Assembly: GCA_965216425.1 (NCBI GenBank)
Contig: CBDCFV010000006.1
Coordinates: 857,070-921,069, forward strand
Length of the DNA: 64,000 bases
Source: Dehalococcoidia bacterium
GTDB lineage: Bacteria > Chloroflexota > Dehalococcoidia > Lucifugimonadales > UBA3495
Reading direction: 5' to 3'
A program made the position numbers and the translations under genes. The notes beneath the pieces were generated by a model. It saw only the letters and a list, made by a program, of their open reading frames with translations. It was not told the DNA's origin and did no database searches. The stretch's first letter is position 1. Every line of letters starts with the position of its first letter. This document shows, piece by piece, positions 1 to 9,396 of the stretch.

Positions 1-275
1 AATAGCGCCACCTTTTCCTGAAGCTGGCGGGGGTTGTTGATCATCTTCCAGACCCATGCCTGGACATTGTTCTCGATAGCCGCCGCCTCCCAGTAGGAGG
101 GGTTGTACCGGTAGTAAAGGTCTTCTTCGATACCCTCTTGACCCATGGGGTTCAACAGCTCTTCCAATGTCTGATCGTAGCCTTGGGTAGCCCTGGCTTC
201 GATCTCATCACGACTCGCTCCGAATCCAGCGCGCCGCATCAGGTGTGCCATTAACGCCACATTTTCGTCAGCCAT
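1..275 (-). CDS. DUF1800-family protein, N-terminal fragment (gene runs off the left window edge)
   Basis: The reverse complement starts with ATG (273-275) and reads MADENVALMAHLMRRAGFGASRDEIE...WVWKMINNPRQLQEKVAL. HLxRRAGFGA and QLxEKxxLF are DUF1800 hallmarks from memory. An AGGAGGAGG Shine-Dalgarno lies just upstream. The ORF is absent from the track because the window edge truncates it. Confidence 0.55.
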   Translation of the reverse strand, partial: MADENVALMAHLMRRAGFGASRDEIEARATQGYDQTLEELLNPMGQEGIEEDLYYRYNPSYWEAAAIENNVQAWVWKMINNPRQLQEKVAL

Positions 276-747
276 ATCCTCCTCCTAGTTTGTTCCTTAA
301 CCATGAATTTAGTGCAACCTTAAATGTCCTCGCTACGGAGTAACCGCCGACACTCAACCGGGGAAAACGCCCGTGGAACGGGGGTATCGCTTCTTGATAA
401 CAACCATTCCAAGGTAATTATCAATTCCCAAAAATGATATATACCGGGCAAACAAGTGTCAACACTCCGAGCCTGCCTGATGATACCATACGTTATACTC
501 GCAAATCCATCGTAGTAACCTCTACGAATGCTGGACTATAGTAGCCATTTACTATCGTATTCCGGTGTTTTGCGTAAGGGCACGTTGGCGAAGGACATAC
601 AGCCAATCGCTTAGACCTCTCGTAGGGAGAACCAGCCACAGGTGACGGCCCGGAACGGTAAAAGGCAAAGAAAATCGCGCCTTGGCCTCTTCCGGCAAAA
701 ACCCTTGTTTTTGTTTCCGAAAGAGCCTGTGAACGCCAAATCCGCCC

Positions 748-777
748 TTGACACTGACGATACGCCCTTGCTAGGAT
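748..777 (+). promoter_or_regulatory. Candidate sigma70-type promoter for the hopanoid operon
   Basis: TTGACA (748-753), 18-nt spacer, TAGGAT (772-777), about 85 nt upstream of the 861 start. Pattern match only. Confidence 0.25.
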
Positions 778-860
778 TCTGACATCGGCATCCGATGTAG
801 TTAAATGGTGGTGATTGAAGAGGTGTTATCCTCGGACGCTCTCATTCAAGGCAGAGGCAA

Positions 861-1961
861 ATGAGCGGCGAAACTGCTCATCAACCTGTATCCTTGCCAG
901 TTACCTTGAAGGATGTCGGCCCGGCTTTGCCGGCCATGTTCGCAAGGTACAAGGGCCGGGTGGAAGACGAGCTTTCCCGGTCCATGCCCGCGTCTGAAGG
1001 CACTGACCCTTATTCATTGCTGCGTTACCATCTAGGATGGGCCAACGCTGACGGGACCCCCGCCGGGACTCCCGTTTCCCAAGGCAAGGCCCTGCGCCCA
1101 ACTCTCTGCATGTTCGCTTGCGAGGCGTTAGACCAGGACCCTGTTCGTGCGCTTCCCGCAGCCGCGGCGCTGGAACTTATCCACAACTTCTCCCTTGTCC
1201 ACGATGACATCCAGGACCAGGACCTTGAGCGCCGCCACCAGTCCACCGTGTGGAGTCTTTGGGGTGTACCCAAGGCCCTGGTGGCCGGGAACGCCCTTCA
1301 GTCGGTGGGCGACGTAACCCTGCTGGGCACCGCCAAGTACGGGGCGCCGCCCAACACTGCGCTGAGGGTCTCCCAGATACTCACCGAAAGTTACCTTGAA
1401 ATGATCCAGGGCCAGTGCCTTGACTTGGCCTTCGAGGCCAGCACCACCATCACTTCCGAGAACTACCTTCAAATGATCGCTTACAAAACGGGAGCGTTGA
1501 TTAGAAGCGGACTGGAAATTGGCGCACTCCTGGCTACCGGAGACCCCGGCGGGAAAACGTTCACCGCCTTCTCCCGCTTCGGCAGTTGCTTGGGACGAGC
1601 TTTTCAGGTACGCGACGACTTTCTCGGCATCTGGGGCGAGAGCAACCTCACAGGCAAACCGACAGGGAACGACATACGACGACGAAAGAAGTCCTTCCCG
1701 GTAGTCCTGGCCTTTGAACTCGCCACGGGAAAGGACTTCGAGGACCTTTGCAGGATCTACGGTCAGGAGGAATTGGACGAAGAGGATGTGGGTAGGGTGT
1801 TGACCGTCCTGGACGCCGTCGGAGCGCAAGACCTTTCCCAAACACTGACGGAATCCAGCGCCGGGGAAGCTTTGCAAGCCCTGGACACCGTGGAACTGCC
1901 CTCTTGGGCCAGGGCCGAGGCCGAAGAGTTGGTGGACTTCCTGGCCCGGCGCCAGTATTAA
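861..1961 (+). CDS. Polyprenyl diphosphate synthase (FPP/GGPP synthase family) heading the hopanoid cluster
   Basis: First aspartate-rich motif LVHDDIQDQD. Second motif FQVRDDFLGIWGES..TGKP.GNDIRRRKKS is the form recalled from hopanoid-cluster polyprenyl synthases of actinomycetes. Confidence 0.85.
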   Translation: MSGETAHQPVSLPVTLKDVGPALPAMFARYKGRVEDELSRSMPASEGTDPYSLLRYHLGWANADGTPAGTPVSQGKALRPTLCMFACEALDQDPVRALPAAAALELIHNFSLVHDDIQDQDLERRHQSTVWSLWGVPKALVAGNALQSVGDVTLLGTAKYGAPPNTALRVSQILTESYLEMIQGQCLDLAFEASTTITSENYLQMIAYKTGALIRSGLEIGALLATGDPGGKTFTAFSRFGSCLGRAFQVRDDFLGIWGESNLTGKPTGNDIRRRKKSFPVVLAFELATGKDFEDLCRIYGQEELDEEDVGRVLTVLDAVGAQDLSQTLTESSAGEALQALDTVELPSWARAEAEELVDFLARRQY

Positions 1962-2006
1962 GTCCTCCATGGCAACTTAATAAACCACCACGCTGGAAAG
2001 CATTAT

Positions 2007-3047
2007 ATGAAAACTGCCCAACGACCCATAGAACTGTCCATTCGCCTGGCCCTCTACCTATTAAAGAACAGACTACGGGGCCGCAGGCGGTTCCCGCTGG
2101 TGACGATGCTGGAACCGTTGGAGATGTGCAACCTTGCTTGCATCGGTTGCGGCCGCATTCGTGAATACAAGCCCGTGCTCGACAAAATGATGTCGGTGGA
2201 CGTCGCCCTCAACGCCGTCAGGGAATCGGGGGCCCCCATAGTGTCCATCGCCGGTGGCGAACCCACCATCCACCCGAAGATCGACGAAATCATCAACACC
2301 TTGGTCAAGGAAAAATATTTCGTTTATTGCTGCACCAACGGCCTGCTTTTGGAACGGATGCTGAACAAGGTCCCCCCTTCCAAGTATTTCTGCTGGGTCG
2401 TCCACATGGACGGTATGGAAGAGAAGCACGACGAGTCGGTCGCCCGCAAAGGGGTGTTCAACAAGGCTGTCCAAGGCATCGAGTTGGCTTTGGACAATGG
2501 ATACCGGGTCTGCACCAACACCACCGTGTTCAGGAACAGCGATGTTGAAGACCTGTGGGAGATGTTCCGCTTGGTGAAAGACATCGGAGTGGAAGGCTCG
2601 ATGATCTCCCCGGGCTACGATTTCGAGGATGCCCCGGACCGGGACCTGTTCCTGAGCCGCAAAGAGTCGCACAACTTATTCCAGAAGCTGCTGGCGCCCG
2701 AAAGCACGGAGGGCATGAAGTTTTACAACAACCCCCTTTACCTCAATTTCCTGCAGGGAGAACGGGACTACCAATGCACCGCGTGGTCCAACCCCACCTA
2801 CACAGTGATGGGCTGGCGTAAGCCGTGCTATCCCTTGGCCGACGAGCATGTGGAAGACCTGGGAGAGCTTTACGAAGCCTCTCTATGGGACAAATACGGT
2901 GTCGGCAAGGACCCCCGCTGCTCAAACTGCATGATGCACTGCGGGTTTGAATCCGCCACTATCTTCCAAGCCATCTCCACGCCCAAGGACTGGGCTACCC
3001 TCATCAAGTCGGGGGCCGCCCACAAAGGCGGCATAACCGCCGCGTAG
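2007..3047 (+). CDS. hpnH: Adenosylhopane synthase, radical SAM protein HpnH
   Basis: N-terminus ...RLRGRRRFPLVTMLEPLEMCNLACIGCGRIREY carries the CxxxCxxC radical SAM motif. Length of 346 aa and position beside hpnG/hpnA/shc fit HpnH. Confidence 0.85.
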   Translation: MKTAQRPIELSIRLALYLLKNRLRGRRRFPLVTMLEPLEMCNLACIGCGRIREYKPVLDKMMSVDVALNAVRESGAPIVSIAGGEPTIHPKIDEIINTLVKEKYFVYCCTNGLLLERMLNKVPPSKYFCWVVHMDGMEEKHDESVARKGVFNKAVQGIELALDNGYRVCTNTTVFRNSDVEDLWEMFRLVKDIGVEGSMISPGYDFEDAPDRDLFLSRKESHNLFQKLLAPESTEGMKFYNNPLYLNFLQGERDYQCTAWSNPTYTVMGWRKPCYPLADEHVEDLGELYEASLWDKYGVGKDPRCSNCMMHCGFESATIFQAISTPKDWATLIKSGAAHKGGITAA

Positions 3048-3062
3048 TATGGGCACGGCGTA

Positions 3063-3854
3063 ATGTTGATGTTGAGGATCATCGCCAGTTTGGAGCAAGA
3101 GCTGTCAGGTCTGCGAAAGGAGCTTCAAGTTGCCCGCAAGGAGACCGGGATCCACGTGGAGTTGCGGGTCGTGGAACCTGGTGCACCGCAGGCCCGGTCG
3201 GATTTCCAGAGTCCATCGGCCAGACCGGCCGGTGCCTCTCAACCGCCTGATGACCCGGGAGAAGCATGGCTGATCTTGGGGTTCGCCGGGGGCATCGACC
3301 CCGAGCTAAAGACCGGCGATTTGGTGGTTGCGTCCCGTTACTACAGGGAGGGGCCATCGGCGGATTTTATGAGCGCGGATGCGTCAATGTTGGAATTGGC
3401 CCGAGCAGCCACGGGGGACTGCGGTATCCCAGCAGCGCACGCCTACTCTCTGACCGTTGATGCAATGGTATGCACACCAAGCGACAAATCGGAGTGCGGA
3501 CGCCGCTTTCCCGCGGCCACGGTGAATATGGAAGACTATTGGCTGGCGGCGCAAGCGAAAGCAGCCGGCGCCTCCTTTTTGTCTGTGCGGGCCGTCCTGG
3601 ACTCAGCGGACCAGAGCTTGCCCCCATACCTGCTCGGCCTGTCGCAAGCGAGGCTCTTGGATGTCTTGCGCACCGCAGCTTTGCCGTGGCGAACGCCCAC
3701 TTTGCTGAAACTAGCCCATCAAGCACGGCAAGCGCGGGGGCCATTGACGAAGTTCGCAATATCGTTCATTGACCTGTTCAACCGTCATGCTTTTGACGGC
3801 AACCTCCTGCATTCAGCCTCTCTGACGGCGGCGGGAGCCTCCCGCCAGGAATGA
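3063..3854 (+). CDS. hpnG: Hopanoid-associated phosphorylase/nucleosidase HpnG (PNP/MTAN fold)
   Basis: ILGFAGGIDPELKTGDLVVAS is a nucleoside phosphorylase/MTA-nucleosidase-type motif. The gene sits directly between hpnH and hpnA. The call rests largely on context. Confidence 0.65.
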   Translation: MLMLRIIASLEQELSGLRKELQVARKETGIHVELRVVEPGAPQARSDFQSPSARPAGASQPPDDPGEAWLILGFAGGIDPELKTGDLVVASRYYREGPSADFMSADASMLELARAATGDCGIPAAHAYSLTVDAMVCTPSDKSECGRRFPAATVNMEDYWLAAQAKAAGASFLSVRAVLDSADQSLPPYLLGLSQARLLDVLRTAALPWRTPTLLKLAHQARQARGPLTKFAISFIDLFNRHAFDGNLLHSASLTAAGASRQE

Positions 3855-3858
3855 ACAC

Positions 3859-4875
3859 ATGCGGGTCCTTGTCACGGGAGCGACAGGATTTATTGGAGGT
3901 AACCTGGCCAGGCAACTCTGGCAGCGTGGCTACGACGTAAAGGCGCTGGTCCGCCCCGGCAGCAACACTTTAACAATCGACGATACGGACATCCGGCAGG
4001 TCCCTGGAGACATCCTCGACGCGGACTCGGTCGCCAGGGCGATGAAGGGCTGCCAAGCGGTGTTTCACTGCGCCGCCGTCTACAGTTTCTGGTCTAAACG
4101 GCCCGACTTGGTCCACAAGACCAACGTAGAGGGCACATCCATTGTTCTCCAAGCGGCACGGCAAGCCGGAGTCGACAAGGTGGTGCACACCAGCACCGTT
4201 TCCACCATCGGGCTGACCCGCAAAGGACCTGGCGTCCCGGCCAATGAGGATACGCCGATGGACCCCGGCCGCTTGGTGGGCCATTACAAGAAGTCCAAGT
4301 ACCAAGCCGAGAGGCTGGCTCTCGAAATGGCGGAAGAGGGCCTCCCTGTCGTAGTAGTCAATCCGACCGCGCCCGTGGGACCGTGGGACGTAAAGCCTAC
4401 GCCCACCGGGGGCATCATTTTGGACTTTATGCGCGGTCGGATTCCGGGCTACCTGGATACCGGCATGAATTTGGTAGACGTCGAAGACGTGGCGGCGGGG
4501 CACATATCTGCCATGGAGGTCGGAGAGCCGGGTCAGCGGTACATTTTGGGAAACCGCAACATCCACTTCAAAGACATGCTTCGTATGCTCCAGGACGTGA
4601 CTGGGAGACCCGCCCCCAAGTGGCGCCTGCCCTACTGGTTGGCTTTAGGGGCCGGATACTTGGACCAAATGGTGGAGGGGTCCTTGATCGGGCGGCAACC
4701 CAGGATTCCGGTGGAGGGTTTGAAGGTCGCCAAACATCCGATGTACGTAAGCGCCGACAAAGCGGTCCGTCAACTGCGCCAACCCCAGCAACCGATAGAG
4801 GCCGCCTTGGAAAAGGCTGTGCGCTGGTTTACCGACCACAACTACGTAAAGGTCGGCCCGGCGGCGCAAAAATGA
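3859..4875 (+). CDS. hpnA: NAD-dependent epimerase/dehydratase, HpnA-like
   Basis: MRVLVTGATGFIGGNLARQL Rossmann motif and YxxxK (YKKSKYQAE). Located immediately upstream of shc. Confidence 0.7.
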   Translation: MRVLVTGATGFIGGNLARQLWQRGYDVKALVRPGSNTLTIDDTDIRQVPGDILDADSVARAMKGCQAVFHCAAVYSFWSKRPDLVHKTNVEGTSIVLQAARQAGVDKVVHTSTVSTIGLTRKGPGVPANEDTPMDPGRLVGHYKKSKYQAERLALEMAEEGLPVVVVNPTAPVGPWDVKPTPTGGIILDFMRGRIPGYLDTGMNLVDVEDVAAGHISAMEVGEPGQRYILGNRNIHFKDMLRMLQDVTGRPAPKWRLPYWLALGAGYLDQMVEGSLIGRQPRIPVEGLKVAKHPMYVSADKAVRQLRQPQQPIEAALEKAVRWFTDHNYVKVGPAAQK

Positions 4876-4896
4876 CAGCGAAAGGAGTGAAGCAGG

Positions 4897-6960
4897 GTGT
4901 ACGTTCCCTCTATTGACAACCTGCATCGGGCTATCGACCGGTGCCACGAATTCTTTCGCCAGAACCAGTACCCCGACGGCTATTGGTGGGGAGAGTTGGA
5001 GTCCAACCCCACCATGGAAGCCGAATACCTGCTCCTGTCCCATTTCATTGGCAAAGCGGACCCGAACCGCTGGCGGAAGCTGTGCAACCATATCCTCAAA
5101 AAGCAGCAGGACGACGGCTCCTGGGGCCAATACTACGCCGCTCCGGGCGACCTCAGCACTTCCGTGGAGTGCTACTTCGCGCTCAAGCTGGCCGGACACT
5201 CTCCCGATTCCCCCACCATGACCAAGGCCCGCGATTTCATCCTGTCCCGAGGTGGCATCCCCAAGACCCGGGTATTCACCAAAATCTGGCTGGCCTTGTT
5301 CGGCCAATGGGACTGGAAAGGCATCCCCAACCTGCCGCCTGAATTGATTCTGGTCCCTCCCATTCTCCCCTTCAGTGTGTACGACTTCGCCGGATGGGCT
5401 CGACCCACCATCGTCCCCATGATGGTTATCCTCAGCCGCAAACCCCACTGTCCCGTTCCGGAGTGGGCAAACCTGGATGAACTCTACCCCATGCCCCGCA
5501 ACGAGACCGATTACTCCCTCCCCAAACCGCAGTCCGGTTGGGGTTGGTCCCGCTTCCTGTACCACCTCGATCAACTGGCAGGCCTTTATCAACGGCTGCC
5601 GGTGCATCCGTTCCGTAAACTGGCTGAACGCAAGGTCTTGGACTGGGTCCTGGGCCACCAGGAAGCCAACGGCAGTTGGGCAGGAATTCAGCCGCCGTGG
5701 GTATACTCGTTGATCGCGCTGCATAACATGGGCTTTCCCAACGATCACCCCGTAATCGACAAAGGATTCAACGGGATTGACGGCTACGCCATAGAGGACG
5801 AGGAGACCATCACAGTCCAAGGATGTATCTCTCCCGTGTGGGACACCTGCCTGGCGCAGTTGGCTCTGATCGATTCGGGACTTGCTCCGGCAGACGAGAT
5901 GATCCAAAAGTCTACCCGTTGGATGTTGGAACAACAGATTCTGGAGCCGGGCGATTGGCAGGTCCGCGCCAAGAACGCCGAACCCGGGGGATGGGCATTC
6001 GAATTCAACAACAGCCGTTACCCGGACATCGACGATACCGCTGAAGTGATAATGGCCCTGCATGAGGCTCCGCTAAGTCCCAATGGGGACGACCATAGGC
6101 GCAGGGATGCCATCCAACGGGGTGTGCGCTGGATCCTGGCCATGCAAAGCGACGACGGAGGCTGGGGAGCTTTCGACAAGAACAACAACCGCAAGTACGT
6201 CAGCCAACTCCCCTTCTCAGACTTCGGCGAAGCCCTGGACCCGACCAGCGTCGACGTTACGGCCCACATCGTCGAAATGCTGGGGAAGCTTGGCTATACC
6301 AGGAATTTCGCCCCCCTCGAACGAGCCTATCAATATATTCGCCGCCAGCAGGAGACCGACGGCTCCTGGTTCGGACGGTGGGGCGTCAACCACATCTACG
6401 GAGTGGGCGCCGTGCTGCCGGCCTTGCAAGCCATCGGGGAGGACCTGGACCAGCCCTATGTCCGCCGCGCGGTGGACTGGCTGATCAGCCATCAGAATGA
6501 CGACGGCGGCTGGGGCGAAAGCTGCGGCTCTTACGTGGACGAATCGCTCCGCGGCGTCGGGCCCAGCACCCCCTCCCAAACGTCCTGGGCTTTGCTCGCT
6601 CTGATGGCCGCCGGCAGGGAGTCGGACCCTTCGGTGGTGCGCGGCGTGAAGCATCTTCTCGATACCCAGGATGAAACGGGCTGCTGGGACGAGCCCTATT
6701 ACACCGGCACCGGGTTCCCCGGCTATGGAGTAGGAGAACCACCACCATCTATGCCCAAACCGGGGGAAGCCGGTTATCAGGGTTTAGACATGCCTGCGGG
6801 ATTCATGATCAATTATCATATGTACCGTGCTTACTGGCCGTTGATGGCCTTGGGTAGATACCGGAAGAAAATCGCCGGCCGGTTCACGGCCGGCCTCTCC
6901 ACTAATGCTGTGGAGCGTCGCGGCACTACTATTCACTCAGGGGGTAGCAACAAAAGATGA
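4897..6960 (+). CDS. shc: Squalene-hopene cyclase
   Basis: 687 aa. Catalytic DxDDTA motif (YPDIDDTAEVIMAL) and multiple QW repeats (QQDDGSWG, QSDDGGWGAF, QETDGSWFGRWG, QNDDGGWGE). GTG start. Confidence 0.95.
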   Translation: MYVPSIDNLHRAIDRCHEFFRQNQYPDGYWWGELESNPTMEAEYLLLSHFIGKADPNRWRKLCNHILKKQQDDGSWGQYYAAPGDLSTSVECYFALKLAGHSPDSPTMTKARDFILSRGGIPKTRVFTKIWLALFGQWDWKGIPNLPPELILVPPILPFSVYDFAGWARPTIVPMMVILSRKPHCPVPEWANLDELYPMPRNETDYSLPKPQSGWGWSRFLYHLDQLAGLYQRLPVHPFRKLAERKVLDWVLGHQEANGSWAGIQPPWVYSLIALHNMGFPNDHPVIDKGFNGIDGYAIEDEETITVQGCISPVWDTCLAQLALIDSGLAPADEMIQKSTRWMLEQQILEPGDWQVRAKNAEPGGWAFEFNNSRYPDIDDTAEVIMALHEAPLSPNGDDHRRRDAIQRGVRWILAMQSDDGGWGAFDKNNNRKYVSQLPFSDFGEALDPTSVDVTAHIVEMLGKLGYTRNFAPLERAYQYIRRQQETDGSWFGRWGVNHIYGVGAVLPALQAIGEDLDQPYVRRAVDWLISHQNDDGGWGESCGSYVDESLRGVGPSTPSQTSWALLALMAAGRESDPSVVRGVKHLLDTQDETGCWDEPYYTGTGFPGYGVGEPPPSMPKPGEAGYQGLDMPAGFMINYHMYRAYWPLMALGRYRKKIAGRFTAGLSTNAVERRGTTIHSGGSNKR

Positions 6961-7400
6961 AAACCAAGGCTTTTTGCAAGCGGCTTCGCACCGAACGCGC
7001 CCCCCAGTTCATCGACATCACCGACTGGGTAACCGAATGCGTGAGCAAATCCAAAATCTCCAACGGATTTGTCGTGGTGTTTTCAAGGCACACCACCGCC
7101 TCGATCAAGATCAACGAAAACGAGCCGTTGCTTATTCAGGACATGACGGAATTCCTGGAGCGGTTCTCCCCTCGTGAAGGCGACTATCATCACAATGACT
7201 TCAGCATTCGCACCGTCAACATGCACCCCAACGAGCCTCCCAACGGCCATGCGCACGTTCAACACTTGCTTATGGGCACCAGCGAAACGGTGCCGCTCCT
7301 GGATGGGGCCATGCAATTCGGCCAATACCAGAGCGTGTTCTTCATCGAACTGGACGAGGCCCGCGACCGAGAGATAATGGTCCAGGTGGTGGGAGAATAG
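6957..7400 (+). CDS. YjbQ/UPF0047 family protein (secondary thiamine-phosphate synthase family)
   Basis: FIDITDWV...GFVVVFSRHTTASIKINENEP...DYHHND...NGHAHVQHLLMGTSETVPL..G....GQYQSVFFIELD matches the YjbQ family pattern. Its ATG overlaps the shc stop (ATGA at 6957-6960). Confidence 0.75.
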   Translation: MKTKAFCKRLRTERAPQFIDITDWVTECVSKSKISNGFVVVFSRHTTASIKINENEPLLIQDMTEFLERFSPREGDYHHNDFSIRTVNMHPNEPPNGHAHVQHLLMGTSETVPLLDGAMQFGQYQSVFFIELDEARDREIMVQVVGE

Positions 7401-7467
7401 AAACCACTCAAACTGCGACAACATCCGTCCCCGTCATTCCCGCACGGGCGGGGACTCCTGAGGCGCT

Positions 7468-8337
7468 GTGATGACCAGTCTGCAACTGGGTTACCGCCAG
7501 AGCCGGGCTATCACTCGAAGTGAAGCCAAGAACTTCTACTACGCTTTTCTCACTCTCCCCCAAGCCCGCCGCAGCGCTATCTATGTAGTTTATGCCTTTT
7601 GCCGCCACTGCGACGACGCTGTAGATACGGCCGGATCTGACCATGAGAAACTGGCTGCATTAGCAAACCTTCGCTTTAACCTTGGCGAAGCTTACTCGCA
7701 ACGTACCTCAGACCCGTTATTCGAGGCCCTGGCCGACGTGGCCTCCAGGTACGACATCCCCGAAGAGTATTTCGAGGATGTCATCCGCGGCGTCGAGGCC
7801 GACCTGACCAAGGCCAGTTATAAAGACTTCGAAGAACTGCGTGGGTACTGCTACCAAGTGGCCTCGGTTGTGGGCCTCATCTGCCTGCAAATCTTCGGGT
7901 ACCAGGACGCCAAGGCCAAGGACTACGCTATCGACTTGGGCTTGGCCATGCAACTTACCAACATACTACGGGACGTGCGCGAAGACCTGGAGATGGGCCG
8001 TGTCTATCTCCCCCAGGACGAAATGGCCCGGTTCGGTTATTCGGGAGCTGAATTGCGTGACTATGCTATTAACGACGCCTTTGTCGCCCTCATGCGTTTT
8101 CAGGCAGAGCGGGCCAGGCGTTACTTCGACAGCGGGTTCCAACTGCTCCCCTACCTGTCTCCACGGTCACGCTCCTGCCCAGCGGTACTCGGCCGGATTT
8201 ACAGCAAAGTGTTGCAGCACATCGAAGCCTCGGGCTACGACGTCTTCCAGAAACGAATCAGCTTGAGCAAGGGCGAGAAGCTTCGAGTCACCGCCCAGAC
8301 CTGGTTGACCACCGTGCTGCCATTGGGGCGCCGTTAA
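7468..8337 (+). CDS. Squalene/phytoene synthase family protein (HpnD/HpnC/CrtB-like; subtype not resolvable by eye)
   Basis: Motifs YAFCRHCDDAVD, YCYQVASVVGL and NILRDVREDLEMGRVYLPQDE. Length 289 aa. Confidence 0.85.
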   Translation: MMTSLQLGYRQSRAITRSEAKNFYYAFLTLPQARRSAIYVVYAFCRHCDDAVDTAGSDHEKLAALANLRFNLGEAYSQRTSDPLFEALADVASRYDIPEEYFEDVIRGVEADLTKASYKDFEELRGYCYQVASVVGLICLQIFGYQDAKAKDYAIDLGLAMQLTNILRDVREDLEMGRVYLPQDEMARFGYSGAELRDYAINDAFVALMRFQAERARRYFDSGFQLLPYLSPRSRSCPAVLGRIYSKVLQHIEASGYDVFQKRISLSKGEKLRVTAQTWLTTVLPLGRR

Positions 8338-8418
8338 GCTTGCGTAACGCTGTGTCACCTTTTGCCGCCACAACGGTACGTTGTTGTTCTGTCGTATTAC
8401 AGGGCGCATCGCAGACTG

Positions 8419-9396
8419 ATGGCTGACGACACCAAGGCAGTGGCTATTACCGGGGCGTCCGGTTATATCGGCTCCCGGCTGTTGCGAAGGCTGGAGGATG
8501 AAGAGGGCATTCGAAAGTTGGTCGCGATAGACGTTCACTCCCCCACCGAGCCGATTCATAACATGGCGGCTTATCGCATGGATGTGGCCGAGCCAATCGA
8601 TTCGGCCCTACTTGCTCACCGGGTAACCACGTTGGTGCACTTGGCGTTCATAACGCAGCCGGGGCGCAACCGCCGCGAGGTCAACTCCATCCGGCAGACC
8701 AACCTGGACACCCTGCGGTCTGTGTTGGAGTCCTGCGTCCGGGCTGGGGTAAACCACGTTGTCTACCTCAGCTCCTACACGGTTTATGGCGCTCACCCAG
8801 ACAATCCCATCCCAATTACCGATTCGGCCCCCCTGCGTCCCTTGCCGGATTTCGCTTACGGGTACGACAAGTACCTGTCGGAGCAGATACTGCAGGAGTT
8901 CCAGGAGCAACACCCCGATATTGCGGTGACCATCCTGCGCTCGTGCGTGGTGCTTGGTCCCTCGGCCAACAACTACGTCGCCAAGGCATTCTTCAGGCCC
9001 TGGTTGCTGGGCGTTTGGAACCATAACCCCCCGATGCAGTTCGTTTATGAGGATGACTTGGCCAGGGTGTTGACGATCGTCGTTCAACAACGCCTCTCCG
9101 GTGTGTTCAACGTGGCCGGCGACGGGGTCGTGTTCTACCGGGAAATGGCGGAGATGATAGGAAGCAAGTTACTGATGCTGCCCGCTTTTCTGGCCGTGTC
9201 GCTAACCCAACTTACTTGGAACCTTCGCATACACGTTGACAGCCCGGGGGCAGGGATGGCCTTGGTCAAGTACCCGATAGTGCTCAGCACCGGGAAGCTT
9301 CATGAAGTTACCGGCTACCGGTTCTGGCACACGTCACTGGAGACTCTAACGGCCTTTACCAACGCCAACTTAGTGGACAGAAGCCAAACAATATGA
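8419..9396 (+). CDS. NAD-dependent epimerase/dehydratase family protein
   Basis: VAITGASGYIGSRLLRRL Rossmann motif directly after the internal ATG at 8419. The track ORF starts at 8362, but that 19-aa leader looks non-coding. YxxxK motif YGYDKYLSE. Confidence 0.75.
   Translation: MADDTKAVAITGASGYIGSRLLRRLEDEEGIRKLVAIDVHSPTEPIHNMAAYRMDVAEPIDSALLAHRVTTLVHLAFITQPGRNRREVNSIRQTNLDTLRSVLESCVRAGVNHVVYLSSYTVYGAHPDNPIPITDSAPLRPLPDFAYGYDKYLSEQILQEFQEQHPDIAVTILRSCVVLGPSANNYVAKAFFRPWLLGVWNHNPPMQFVYEDDLARVLTIVVQQRLSGVFNVAGDGVVFYREMAEMIGSKLLMLPAFLAVSLTQLTWNLRIHVDSPGAGMALVKYPIVLSTGKLHEVTGYRFWHTSLETLTAFTNANLVDRSQTI

Noticed and set aside
300-860. Long 585-bp, lower-GC intergenic region upstream of the hopanoid operon, as a possible riboswitch or sRNA locus.
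   Set aside because: Only one short hairpin (CCCGT-GGA-ACGGG) and one promoter-like pattern were seen. No recognisable riboswitch core is present, so there is not enough evidence to call an RNA feature.
4645-6063. Very long antisense ORFs. Examples: 4645-6063 minus (472 aa), 1128-1970 minus, 13905-14975 minus, 41161-42135 plus, 51355-52404 plus, 53009-54199 minus.
   Set aside because: Each lies entirely opposite or out of frame within a gene that has strong family motifs (shc, the polyprenyl synthase, sufB, addB-like, SulP, the binding protein). Their translations are Arg/Gly/Pro-rich low-complexity sequence, typical of shadow ORFs in high-GC DNA.
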